Positions 53,232-64,000 of a stretch of 64,000 nt of DNA are shown here, piece by piece. The translations under genes were made by a program, and so were the position numbers. How positions within the stretch are numbered: the first letter of the stretch is position 1; the number at the start of each line of letters is the position of its first letter. The notes beneath the pieces are model-generated. The model ran no database searches, was not told the DNA's origin, and worked only from the letters and a program-made list of their open reading frames with translations. Origin of the DNA: Octopus bimaculoides (lineage: Eukaryota). Where the stretch lies: the NCBI RefSeq assembly GCF_001194135.2, contig NC_068986.1, positions 37,756,761 to 37,820,760 of the forward strand, read 5' to 3'.

Positions 53232-53637
53232 ACTATATCTCTTTACTGGCTCTTCCCATGGACCGCAAATTAAATTTGTATACACAAATTGAACCTGTGC
53301 CATGGAGGAATNNNNNNNNNNNNNNNNNNNNNNNNNNNNNNNNNNNNNNNNNNNNNNNNNNNNNNNNNNNNNNNNNNNNNNNNNNNNNNNNNNNNNNNNN
53401 NNNNNNNNNNNNNNNNNNNNNNNNNNNNNNNNNNNNNNNNNNNNNNNNNNNNNNNNNNNNNNNNNNNNNNNNNNNNNNNNNNNNNNNNNNNNNNNNNNNN
53501 NNNNNNNNNNNNNNNNNNNNNNNNNGTGAGCAACGAGAGGGAAAGAGGAAGAGAGGAAGTACGAGGGGGGAGAGATACGTAGTAGTAACAGAGGAAGAAC
53601 GAGAGGGGTAAAGAGAGATACGTAGTAGTAAACATAT

Positions 53638-53701
<64 letters not shown>

Positions 53702-54463
53702 GTAGGTAGGTACCTTACTAGCTGACGCTCTCCTGGCTCATTAACATCTAGAACTGACAAGCTTTATTGACGTGCTAAAAGCATACGATGGATTTCTATT
53801 AAAATATACAAAACGTTTTACTTGAAATCAGGCGAACAAATTTAGCAAGAACCAATAAAAATATAAAATAAAAAAACCGTTCCGGCCGTCCTCCCGCCCA
53901 TCCCTTCTACATCTAGTTGCACAAAATCGCTATACGTCTATGTAAGTGCGCGTATATATNNNNNNNNNNNNNNNNNNNNNNNNNNNNNNNNNNNNNNNNN
54001 NNNNNNNNNNNNNNNNNNNNNNNNNNNNNNNNNNNNNNNNNNNNNNNNNNNNNNNNNNNNNNNNNNNNNNNNNNNNNNNNNNNNNNNNNNNNNNNNNNNN
54101 NNNNNNNNNNNNNNNNNNNNNNNNNNNNNNNNNNNNNNNNNNNNNNNNNNNNNNNNNNNNNNNNNNNNNNNNNNNNNNNNNNNNNNNNNNNNNNNNNNNN
54201 GGAGGAGGAGGAGGAATCATTTGTTTTGAATTGGAATCAATAAACAGAAAAAAGAAAGAAAGGAGGAAAGAAAGAAAGAAACAAGCAAACAAACAAACAA
54301 ACAACGAAAGAAGGAAGGAAGGAAGAAAGAAAGAAAGAAATTTGTGCTCCAGCTTTTCAGTAAAGTTGGTGATCTTTCTTTGAGCAACTTCACGCCAACT
54401 AAACGAAGTTAACCAAACAGTTTCAGTTCCAGCTGAAACCGAACAACATCACATCGAGACATT

Positions 54464-54662
54464 GAGAGACCCTTGACGTAGCCATCACTCGACCTACTAG
54501 AAATTGCTGATACACTCTCCTCAAATCATACTTTGCCTAAAATAAGAAAATATATTAGATAATGTAATACAATACACACCTGAGACGACACGATGATTAC
54601 GGTTTGATCATGTCTTTCCTCATAGACTTACTCAATCATGACTTACCTGGGACTAAACAATA
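54464..54662 (+). mobile_element. Dispersed repeat D
   Basis: ctcgacctactagaaattg..ctctcctcaaatcata..cattagataatgtaa..gatcat..tgacttacctgggactaaacaataac. Confidence 0.65.
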
Positions 54663-54927
54663 ACATTATTTACATTATTTACATTTGATGGATATTTGTC
54701 CTCATCTTGTTTGTTGTTAGCACAACGTTTCGGCTGATATACCTTCCAGCCCTCTTCAGGTGTCTTGGGGAAATTTCGAACCTGGGTTCTCATTTCTAAG
54801 GTATTTCTCGATGTTATTATTATTATTGTTATTATTATTATTATTATTATTATTCAGGTCACTGCCTGGAATCGAACTCGGAATCTTGGGGTTAGTAGCC
54901 CACGCTCTTAACCACTACGCCATATGC
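54663..54927 (-). mobile_element. tRNA-headed SINE-like element E carrying a hammerhead-like motif
   Basis: A-box tggcgtagtgg (54922-54912), B-box gagttcgattcc (54879-54868), (AAT)n spacer, body containing the hammerhead core, 3' tail of tandem aaataatgt. Confidence 0.75.
54721..54762 (-). ncRNA. Candidate minimal type I hammerhead ribozyme
   Basis: CAC-CUGAAGA-g-GGCUGG-aagguaua-UCAGCC-GAAA-CG-UU/GUG: conserved core, 6-bp stem II, loopless palindromic stem III (AACGUU), 3-bp stem I. Confidence 0.55.
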
Positions 54928-55282
54928 TATGGCGAAAGTAGCATTGATATTTTTAGGTCGTTCAATTGACCAATTGAATAACGTACATATAATGACTACT
55001 GGAAACAAGGATAAATATGTAATGACCATTATTTACACCTAAATGTATGAAAAGAGACACACAGACAGAGACAGATTTCTCTGAAATCCCACTATTTAAA
55101 GAGAAACATAGGTTGCGATACACTGGCCCTATATACAGTATATCGGTATGCATAATAAAATTATCACGTTTTGAATGCATTTGATCATAAGTCTGCTCAA
55201 TCAAAATTTACCTGGGGTTAAACAAAAAGAAGTGCAACAAGTCAGTTATTTGAGACTGTCGTAAAATGACTAAGCTTGTAAA

Positions 55283-55570
55283 GGCGCGTGGCTAAGTAGT
55301 TCAGGTATTTGGTTCGAGATCTTGAGGCCATGAGTTCGATTCCAGGCGGTGAGTTGCTCCAATCAACTCAGCGGTCAACAATGAGTAGTACCTGTAATTC
55401 AAAAGGCTAGCTTTGTCACATTGTGTGTCACGCTGAACCTCCCATAGAAGTATGTTTCGGGTAAGTGTGTCTGTGGAGTGCTCAACCACTTGCACGTTAA
55501 TTTCACGAGCAAGCTGTTCCGTTGATTGGATCAACTGGAACCCATGACGTCGTAAACCGACTTGAATACC
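55283..55570 (+). mobile_element. SINE with a family-B 3' half but a different, shorter 5' half
   Basis: Head ggcgcgtggctaagtagtt..gagttcgattcc. From about 55395 it matches B (tgtcaca.tgtgtgtcacgctgaa..gtctgtggagtgctca.ccacttgcacgttaatttcacgagca.gctgttccgttga..ggatcaactggaaccc). Confidence 0.8.
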
Positions 55571-56561
55571 AGTTTAAATAACCAAGCTTCACTATTAGAA
55601 TTAAAACAAGTCAACGAAAAACGGAAACAAATAAATAACTAGAAATGAAAAGTTCAAAAAAAAATCACGAAAAGCTTCGTGTGAAATTGCAAATGATATT
55701 TTGAAAAATGTGTTTAAATAATAAAAAAAAAATGATGACGTCATTAGATGTCATTCTCTTGTGCTGTCGTCGTTGTTATTGTTGTTTCTGGTGGTGGCGA
55801 CGGCGGCAGTTGAAAAAGGTGGTGGTGGTGATGGTGGTTTTGTGTTATTTCGTTCATCCGAATTTTTGAGGATGTTGTTTCTTTTTTCGGTTTTCTTTTT
55901 CTTTGTTTTAATGTTATCCCAGATTACTGGGTACATATGTCAAACGAGGATAACACCTGGGTACATTCTACTATCAGTTATTGTTTTTCCGTAATCGTTT
56001 TCATTTGTCATTTGTTCTTTATTTCACAAACAGCTCACTTCTTTCTTCCTTTCTTTCTATTAAGTCTTTGGGGTTCTGGTGGGGTTTTGAATTTTTTTTG
56101 GAGGTTTTTTTGAGTTTCTCTTTCTTCCCTTTTGTAATACAAAGAAAAATTTGCGGAGTGGCGGAGCGGAGCAACACATAGAAGACAATGTGAGATGAAA
56201 TCATTTAATCGTTTATCAATGCACTCTTGTGTTTTTTGCTGTCTTTCTTGGTTAGCTCGTATTAAAAATTCGGTTTTGTGACAACGCCCGGCTCGTGTCG
56301 AAGTAGCTTTGGGTGTGTACACAAATTTTCTTCAATATAAGAATTCTACAGTGCCCGAATATTTGCATCTGTGTGCCGGTGTTTGGTTAAGAATTTACAT
56401 ATGCAAGAGTTAGAGTGTGTGTGTGTATATGTGCGTGTGTCTGTATGTGTGTACGGTCTACATATAAATTTATTGATACGTATTCACACATATACATGCA
56501 TATATTGATATATGTGTGATTATACATGTATAACTATATTAATATATATGTCTATGTATAT

Positions 56562-56616
<55 letters not shown>

Positions 56617-56846
56617 NNNNNNNNNNNNNNNNNNNNNNNNNNNNNNNNNNNNNNNNNNNNNNNNNNNNNNNNNNNNNNNNNNNNNNNNNNNNNNNNNNNN
56701 NNNNNNNNNNNNNNNNNNNNNNNNNNNNNNNNNNNNNNNNNNNNNNNNNNNNNNNNNNNNNNNNNNNNNNNNNNNNNNNNNNNNNNNNNNNNNNNNNNNN
56801 NNNNNNNNNNNNNNNNNNNNNNNNNNNNNNNNNNNNNNNNNNNNNN

Positions 56847-56888
<42 letters not shown>

Positions 56889-56914
56889 CATACACACATA
56901 CACACACATATGTT

Positions 56915-56953
<39 letters not shown>

Positions 56954-57400
56954 ATATATATATATATATATCAACACCCCGCAGGTCATGTGAATTAGTT
57001 CTAAACAGGAAAATGTATCTTGTGTTGCTATAAAACAATTTTAAGGTTATAACCTCACGAGAAAAACATGTGGGTTAAATAACCGAAAGATCGCGATTTC
57101 GATATAGCGTCTAATCGTCTATTCTAATCAGTTTTGGTGCATTCAGAACCACACATATTTCAGGAAGTCTGCTTATATATATCATTCCATATCGAGAATA
57201 ACTTATCTCTTTGTGTACGTCATTCTTGTGATTAGTGCGCGAGGAAAATTATGTAACACACCATAAAGCATAAAGCTAGAGTTCCCAATACACGGACCAC
57301 GACACCAAACTCAGACTGCCACTCACTTCTTTGAAGTAAGTGTGACACACACGATAGGTACGTACAAAAAGAACAAATTGGTATAATATTAATATTATTG

Positions 57401-57609
57401 ATAAGCTTAAAGCTAATAAGCGATCACCGCGCAATAACTAAAAAGAAGAGTCTAATGATTAGGCATATAAAGCCCTTAACGGAAAAAAGTAGGTTTTTCC
57501 CACGCGTACGGGAAAACCTACTTATTTTCCGTCGAGGGCTTATATGTTCCATTATTAGACTCTTCTCTTTAGTCATTGCGCGGTGATCGCTTATCAGCTT
57601 TAAGCTTAT
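57401..57609. mobile_element. 209-bp fold-back palindrome (MITE-like)
   Basis: Arms 57401-57501 and 57510-57609 are about 90% reverse-complementary around an 8-nt spacer acgcgtac. Possible TA flanks (57402-57403, 57607-57608). Confidence 0.75.
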
Positions 57610-57622
57610 AAAATACTATCAA

Positions 57623-57709
<87 letters not shown>

Positions 57710-58405
57710 TTCATTCACTCATACACATATGGATGTGAATGTATATTTGTGAGAGTGACAGAAAGAGTGGGAAAGAGAAAGAAGACGGAAGAAGGGAAAT
57801 AAACCTATTAATAAAGAAACACGCATTCTTTATGTCATTGATACCATTGCATTATTGTACACCCCCTTCTCTTCTCCTCCTCCTCCTCCCCTTTCTTCCC
57901 CCCCCTCTCTCACTTCCATTTATTTCTTCTGTTACGTTGTGAAACGGATATATGAAAACCATTCTTCAGTTCAAGCCCCATCTTGAACTAGTGAGCTTAA
58001 CTACCCTTCTGGGTATATTTATTCAGTCCCCACTGGAACGCCACTTCTTCATTTCCAATGTAATTCGCTATTGTATCCTTCAGTTCCTCTTTTGGCTTTT
58101 TTTCTTGCTTCAAGGGATGGGAACGAGGGGAGTGGATCTTTATTTGTCTTCATACTATTGTCATTCTTTTGTTTAATATTATTCTTATTATTGTTGTTGT
58201 TGTTGTTGTTGCTAATATTAATATTGGTGCTGGTATTATTATTGTTATTGTTATTATTGTTGGTCCTGCTGTTGCTGTTGTTGTTGTTGTTGTTATATGT
58301 TCATAAAACCTTTTCGTAAGAGTGCTACTGCTACACTGTATGACTAGACGGTCTAATACTCGTTATACGTACTTTTATGCGAATAAATCTTTCATAAGTG
58401 TACTA

Positions 58406-58792
58406 GTGCAGGAGTGGCTGTGTGGTAAGTAGTTTGCTTACCAACCACATGGTTCCGAATTCAATCCCATTTCGTGGCACCTTGGACAAGTGTCTTCTAC
58501 TATAACCTCGGACCGACCAAAGCCTTGTGAATGGATTTGGTAGACGGAGACTGAAAGAAGTTCATCGTAGATAGATAGATAGATGTTTGTGTGTTTGTCT
58601 TTGTCCCCCCACCCCACCATTGCTTGACAACCGATGTTGGTGAGTTTACGTCCCTGTAACTTAGCGGATAGGCAAAAATGACCAATAGAATAAGCATTAG
58701 CCTTACAAAGAATAAGTCCTGGGGTCGATTTGTTCGACTACAGGTGGTGCTTCAGCATGGCCGCAGTCAAATGACTGAAACAAATAAAAGAA
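58406..58792 (+). mobile_element. SINE family A, full length
   Basis: gcaggagtggctgtgtggtaag..ggttccgaattcaatccc head, body, internal (TAGA)n, 3' half ending gcatggccgcagtcaaatgactgaaacaaataaaagaat. Confidence 0.95.
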
Positions 58793-59826
58793 TATTTTTT
58801 CTATTGTTACCGAAACTACAACTACCATCGCTTTTACTACTGCCTCAACTGGTTTTACTAATGCTGCTGCAGTGACAATTGCTACTCTTCTTGTGAGAGA
58901 CACTGAAGGATTCTTTTCGACATGCTGTCAAAACCAAAATGTTACTTCTCTCTTTCAAACCGTCCGTTGCCGTCATTATGTTGAACATTTCCTTATCACT
59001 ACGAAAGTCATGATTAAATAAGAAATTGACCAACACAGACTATGGACTCTTCTAAGAATAGGTGAAATAAACATCAGAGATGCTTTGCCCTTCACAGAAA
59101 ATCTGCAGGAGCTACTCAGAGGTATTGCAAGCGCTTCTTCTGGATCCATCACAATGTCGGAAGTCCTTCTTTATCATCAGCGGGTATCTCAGGATCTCAA
59201 GCGTTTTTGCCCCTCAGCCTCTACACTTCGTTTAAGTGGGGCAGCATGAACTGAATTAGCCTTCGCCTGTGTTTCGCTTCTATTTGCATTCTCTTGTCAA
59301 CCATACTCACCTTCAACTTGTTTCAGTTGCCATGCCTAACTTCTTAATCGCTTTCTTCAGTTGTTCTCCGTAAAGAATATAATAAAAGAAAGTAACAAGT
59401 TACTCTTTAGCCTTTCTACAGATTGGCAACTGACAACCACATGATTGGTAGAGAAAGTTATCTTTCATTCGGGCATTATTATTACCAGTTCACAATGTCA
59501 TACTTACCAACAGCACTGCAAAACATTATCGGTAATTATTTTTATGACTACGCAGTTCGTTTCGCTTCACGATCATAACATCAGACAACAGCTAACTATT
59601 GTTTAATTCAAATTTTGCATCTCACACATTTTTATTGCTTTGCACAGACAACGCAACTTCGACAATTTGCATGAATATTTATAATATAAATGGATGCACA
59701 GGCTTAATGCATTTTAAACGATTGTTGCAAGCCATTGCAGCTTAAACAACTGTTGCAAGCCACAAGCTATTGCAGCTTACGAGTACACATATTTCTTCAG
59801 TCATTGCAACAATAAAATCTCCCTAC

Positions 59827-60186
59827 CAAAGGAGCTGCCCCCTCAGCTAGTTCCAGTACTAAACAGATGCTTAACTGAACAAATACCCAAAGTAGCAATT
59901 TGTTTCTTCCAGTTTTCTTAAAAGTAGGTCTATTTCTCTCCTTTTTCCATGCCACTTCAAATCGGGAACTATAGTTCATAAACGTCCCATATAATACATC
60001 TTCTACGCATGAATCTCTTAATGAGCATTGATAGACCAACATTTTTAGCACATTTCTACGAACATATTGTATGTATTTTGCCCTTTCGGACTGAAATATA
60101 AGCTGTTGTTTATATTTCTCTGAACTGCTGCCTACGTTGATTTCACAACTAATTATTCCACTGCTTAGATTGAAAAGGTTTCTACA
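59827..60186 (-). CDS. Candidate coding exon of an unidentified protein (or transposon-derived ORF)
   Basis: Stop-free, non-repetitive 120 codons (CRNLFNLSSG...LRDSCVEDVLYGTFMNYSSRFEVAWKKERNRPTFKKTGRNKLLLWVFVQL...EGAAPL). Preceded by the acceptor tttatgtttactttttctatatgcag and followed by the possible donor gtaggg, phase 0 at both ends. No family recognised. Confidence 0.35.
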
Positions 60187-60799
60187 CTGCATATAGAAAA
60201 AGTAAACATAAACTCTAGTACATATAAAAATACAATCACTGAACTTGTGGCTATATTTGTACTTCTATGCATTGATTTTCTACACGCCTTTGATCATAGA
60301 TTTAATTGATCAGAGTTGATCTGAAGTTGAGCAACAAGCAACAACACAGGAACTCTTAAATCGAGAAAGGCATTTTAGACAGCATAATCTTCGATAAACT
60401 GTGCCTGAAAATCAGACAGGATGCTCATGGCTTCAACGCCTTTGACCACAAGTCTGCACAGGAATGATATGGAGATGAGCAATAACAATAGCAACAGCAA
60501 TAATTAAAGAAGACACAGCACCACGCAAACAACTTGAAGTGCATTTTGATGGAAGTGTAAAAAGTTTCATCACTTCTTCCCACGTAATTTACATAGCCAT
60601 GGTTCGAGAAACAAAAATACGGTCAGAGCAGTAGATTCCAGAATACATCTCCTTAAAGCAAACCAAACCAAAACATGGTGGAAGCTTATAATGTATATAA
60701 TTGTTTTCAACAAGGGTATAGGTACAAGAAGTGAAATCTGAATATAGTGGCAACAGACAGAAATATAGCATTAGGCTGTGTGGTTAAAAACATTTCACA

Positions 60800-61157
60800 A
60801 CTACATGATTTTAGGTTCGATGTTATACTTAAAATCAGATGGCCCGAACACATAAGCAATATGGAGCTATGGCAAAGAACGAATCAAGTTTCGATTAGAG
60901 AGCAAATATTTAAGAAAAAGTGGAAGTGGATTGGTAGCACAATTAGAAAAGACACACCAAATGCAGCGAAAAGTGCTTTACAGTGGAATCCGGATGGATA
61001 TAGAAAGAGGGGTAGGCCTAAGAACTTGTGGCGTAGATCAACACAAAAGGAACTAGAGAAAGGGGGACATTCATGGCAGAGTATAATTACAGAAGCGAAA
61101 AATTATGCGACATGGAATTCAGTTATAAGTGGCCTATACTCCGCGTTGGAGGGTTAA
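60800..61157 (+). pseudogene. RTE-clade LINE reverse-transcriptase C-terminal fragment (5'-truncated)
   Basis: ILKIRWPEHISNMELWQRTNQVSIREQIFKKKWKWIGSTIRKDTPNAAKSALQWNPDGYRKRGRPKNLWRR matches the RTE IRWP..ISN.ELW.RT...I...RW.WIGHTLRK...AL.WNP.G.RKRGRPK..WRR ending. Confidence 0.92.
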
Positions 61158-62198
61158 AAGCAAGAAAGAAGTTATTGTGCTTATCTTGGATAAGGGTCTT
61201 GTACCATACCCCCAAAGTTTTGTAGACGAAGTTTGAGGGACGAAAACTGTATACGACAATTGCCGGAGTTATTCCTATTCTAGAGTGGTTGTTTAATCCA
61301 TTACCAGGTTTAACACAACTACCCAGCCCATGGGCATGTTCAGCATAGTCTACTCCGTTGAAAGTATTCGAACCTGATCTACATGCTGAAGATAACTTCC
61401 TCCGATCCGTCCGCCAATCGTAAAGGCTCCGACAAAAGGTTACGAACGCTGCGTATCCTCTTCTAAGTCATTAAAAATATTCAGGATTCAAAAATAAGCA
61501 ACAGCAAAAGCGATTTACATTATCAAAATATACATACAAAGCACCAGTAACCTTACAATCTGCCCTGTCTTACTACATATCCCCGCCATATCTCCTTAAT
61601 AAATTTCCAGTCGTTATCATTAGGTGGTGAGCCTTCAATGCATTCACCATAATCCTAATACAAAAACAATACAGATGACGCTACAGGAGATACGAGAATA
61701 CAATAGAATCACAGAGGCTGAGCTTCCTCTGCATCGTAATCAACCAACACCGTCACAAACACACGCCACACCAGTCTTAACTACAATCATTCTTTTCCAG
61801 ATATCACCTTGCACTGAGCTCTTGCACAACACACACACACACACACACATACACATACAATCACGCACTCACACACTCGCACGTATGTATACATATATGC
61901 GTACATACGTATATATGCATACGTACGAAAAAAATATATACATATATATATATATACATATATATATATACATATATATATATACATATATATATATANN
62001 NNNNNNNNNNNNNNNNNNNNNNNNNNNNNNNNNNNNNNNNNNNNNNNNNNNNNNNNNNNNNNNNNNNNNNNNNNNNNNNNNNNNNNNNNNNNNNNNNNNN
62101 NNNNNNNNNNNNNNNNNNNNNNNNNNNNNNNNNNNNNNNNNNNNNNNNNNNNNNNNNNNNNNNNNNNNNNNNNNNNNNNNNNNNNNNNNNNNNNNNNN

Positions 62199-62232
<34 letters not shown>

Positions 62233-62657
62233 ACATCTAGTGAGAGAAAGGGGCGAGAGGGAGAGAGAGAAAGGGACGGAGAAAGAGGACGGGAGTTGTC
62301 TATAGTTGGCGATTTCTGGTTAAGACTTTAGGCTACCGGCTTCATAATGATGTTCCAATGTTTATATCTGTCCTTTCGATTTACTAGTACCACACTTTCC
62401 CTCCACCTCTTTCTTTGCCTTTAGTTTAATTATTTTAGTTTCATTTACAGTTTGTTTGTTTTTTACTTTTACTACAATGTTTCTTTTTTTATATTTCGAG
62501 TTTTCTTGATATTGTCTACAGACAAGAGTTTTAGTCCAAACATTTTGAAAAACATATTTACAGAAAATAAAAACCATATATGAAGATGTTTCTATAAACA
62601 GCGTAATTCCACACAAGCAGATGGTCAACGCATTGAGGCTACATCAAAGAAATGTCT

Positions 62658-63235
62658 GCTGGTATTGAGGGCTTTGGCTGTGAGAAGCATGTGGAGACAC
62701 ATACCTAGGAAGATGAAACTAGAGGTGAACCACATCTCATGCCAAGAATAAACAGTCTAAATTAGCGAAACTCCAATCATTTAAATGGCTTGAAAGTTCC
62801 AGGGGGTTTGAGAGCCAGAGAAAACCAAAAGATGGAATGGTCACGGTAGAAGGATGTAAAAGGGTGGATTTGATTATTAGGTAGCGATCAGACTATCAAA
62901 TGACGCAGAGATAAAGATGAAGGTTAGTTTTAGAGGTAAGAAAAAGGAAAACAGTGTTCAGGGAGTTGGTGTGTCGTTATTCATTTACTGGTAGACTAAC
63001 TCGTGCAGATCGTTCAAAATAACAAATGATACGACCTTGTTTGAGCCGTCTTTGTATGGGAAGTACGAGAAGCAAGAAGAACTGTAGGCACCATAAAAGT
63101 TACGGGGCACGATGACGTCAGAGAGCAGTGGATTCGGTTAGATATCAGTAATTCAAACCGGGAGGTGATTGGACAACTGTTCCAGTTGGCTGTTGGAGTT
63201 TGATGAGAAATGAAGACAACAATAAAAGAATTTAG
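62658..63235 (-). mobile_element. CR1/Zenon-like LINE ORF2 endonuclease-region remnant
   Basis: The minus strand, with frameshifts, reads DVIVPRNF / SFVILNDLHELVYQ / DTP..LFLTS / SD.YLI / ..SWHEMWF / GM.. SQPKPS. This is colinear with the I.GDFN..F.IL.DL.QLV..DTPN.LDLFLTS..SDH.LI..PW..CF..GM..SQPKPSKPWF pattern. Confidence 0.6.
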
Positions 63236-63260
63236 AGGAATGATAACAAAATAATATTAA

Positions 63261-63474
63261 TTATTTCTACTAAAGGTACAAGGCCTGAAATTTGGGGGAA
63301 GAGGATTGTCGATTGCATCGACCCCAGTACTCAGTTGGTACTTATTTTATAGAGCTCGAAAGGATAAAAGGCAAAGCCGACCTCGGCGGAATTTGAAACC
63401 AGAACGTAGCGACAGGCGAAATAAGGAAAAGCATTTCGTCCAGCGTGCTAACGATTCGGCCAGCTCACCGCCTT
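63261..63474 (-). mobile_element. SINE family C, full length
   Basis: tttctactaaaggtacaaggcctgaaatttgggg..gcatcgaccccagtactcagttggtacttattt..aaaggcaaagccgacctcggcggaatttgaa.ccagaacgtagc..gcatttcgtccagcgtgctaacgattc.gccagctcaccgcc. Confidence 0.92.
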
Positions 63475-63545
63475 AACAACAGCAACAACAACAACGACGA
63501 CAGCAACAACAACAACAACAACAACAATAATAATAATAATAACTC

Positions 63546-63755
63546 TTCCTATTATAGACACAAAGTCAGCAATTTTGGTGGGGGAAAGGGTAAATCGATT
63601 ACATCGACCCCAGTGATCAACTGGTGCATATTTTATCGAGCCCGAAAGGATGGAAGGGAAAATCGACCTCGGCAGAATTTGAACTCAGAACGTAAGAGCT
63701 GGAAGAAATCCTGTTGAGCATTTTCTCCGGCGTGCTAATGAGATTGCCGGTTCTC
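63546..63755 (-). mobile_element. SINE family C, second tandem copy
   Basis: Same blocks as 63261-63474, separated from that copy by an (AAC)/(AAT) microsatellite. Confidence 0.85.
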
Positions 63756-63764
63756 TTAATAATG

Positions 63765-64000
63765 ATTATTATTATTATAATTATTATTATTATTATTATA
63801 AATTTGTCCTCGGCAGCGGAGGAGGAAGTGATGGTGATGATGACGACGACGACGATGATGATGCTGGTGGTAGTGGTGGCGGTGGTGGTGGTGGTGGTGG
63901 TGGTTGTGGTGGTGGTGGTGGTGGTGGGGTTGACGATGACGACGATGACGACAATTACACACACAAATTCATGATGACGATAACGATGAAGATGGTGATG
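63765..64000. repeat. Compound (ATT)/(GAT)/(GAC)/(GGT) trinucleotide tract
   Basis: Seen directly in the sequence. Confidence 0.93.

Noticed and set aside
59040-59370. Possible second exon downstream of the 60186 candidate (RTTEESD*EVRHGN*NKLKVSMVDKRM…)
   Set aside because: It needs a mutated acceptor (cgg for cag) and has about 7 stops in about 90 codons, no better than random.

Overview
This is AT-rich eukaryotic non-coding DNA from a gappy short-read assembly, with about 24 N-runs, almost all bordered by microsatellites. No host protein-coding gene, tRNA or rRNA gene, or CRISPR array can be supported. Nearly all long ORFs in the supplied track come from N-runs or microsatellites. The window is dominated by simple repeats and by several multi-copy tRNA-headed SINE-like families, labelled locally A, B, C, E and F, plus an unclassified dispersed repeat D. 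Their style suggests an Octopus or other coleoid genome, where the tRNA-derived SINE families OK/OR1/OR2 are described; this is an inference and I do not map my labels onto those names. Decayed coding fragments of many transposon classes are recognisable by protein motif: Helitron Rep, R4/Dong-type RLE, two mariner pieces, a DD37D (maT) transposase, Ty3/gypsy gag, RTE RT C-terminus, CR1-like endonuclease, a zinc-knuckle ORF1 and a possible Penelope endonuclease. The best second-look candidates are: (1) a tRNA-headed element carrying a complete minimal type I hammerhead ribozyme core (54663-54927, minus); (2) an orphan 120-codon exon-like ORF (59827-60186, minus); (3) a 209-bp fold-back palindrome (57401-57609); (4) a SINE with a twin-priming-type 5' inversion (9168-9327). 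All calls were made by eye with no database searches, and boundaries of decayed elements are approximate.
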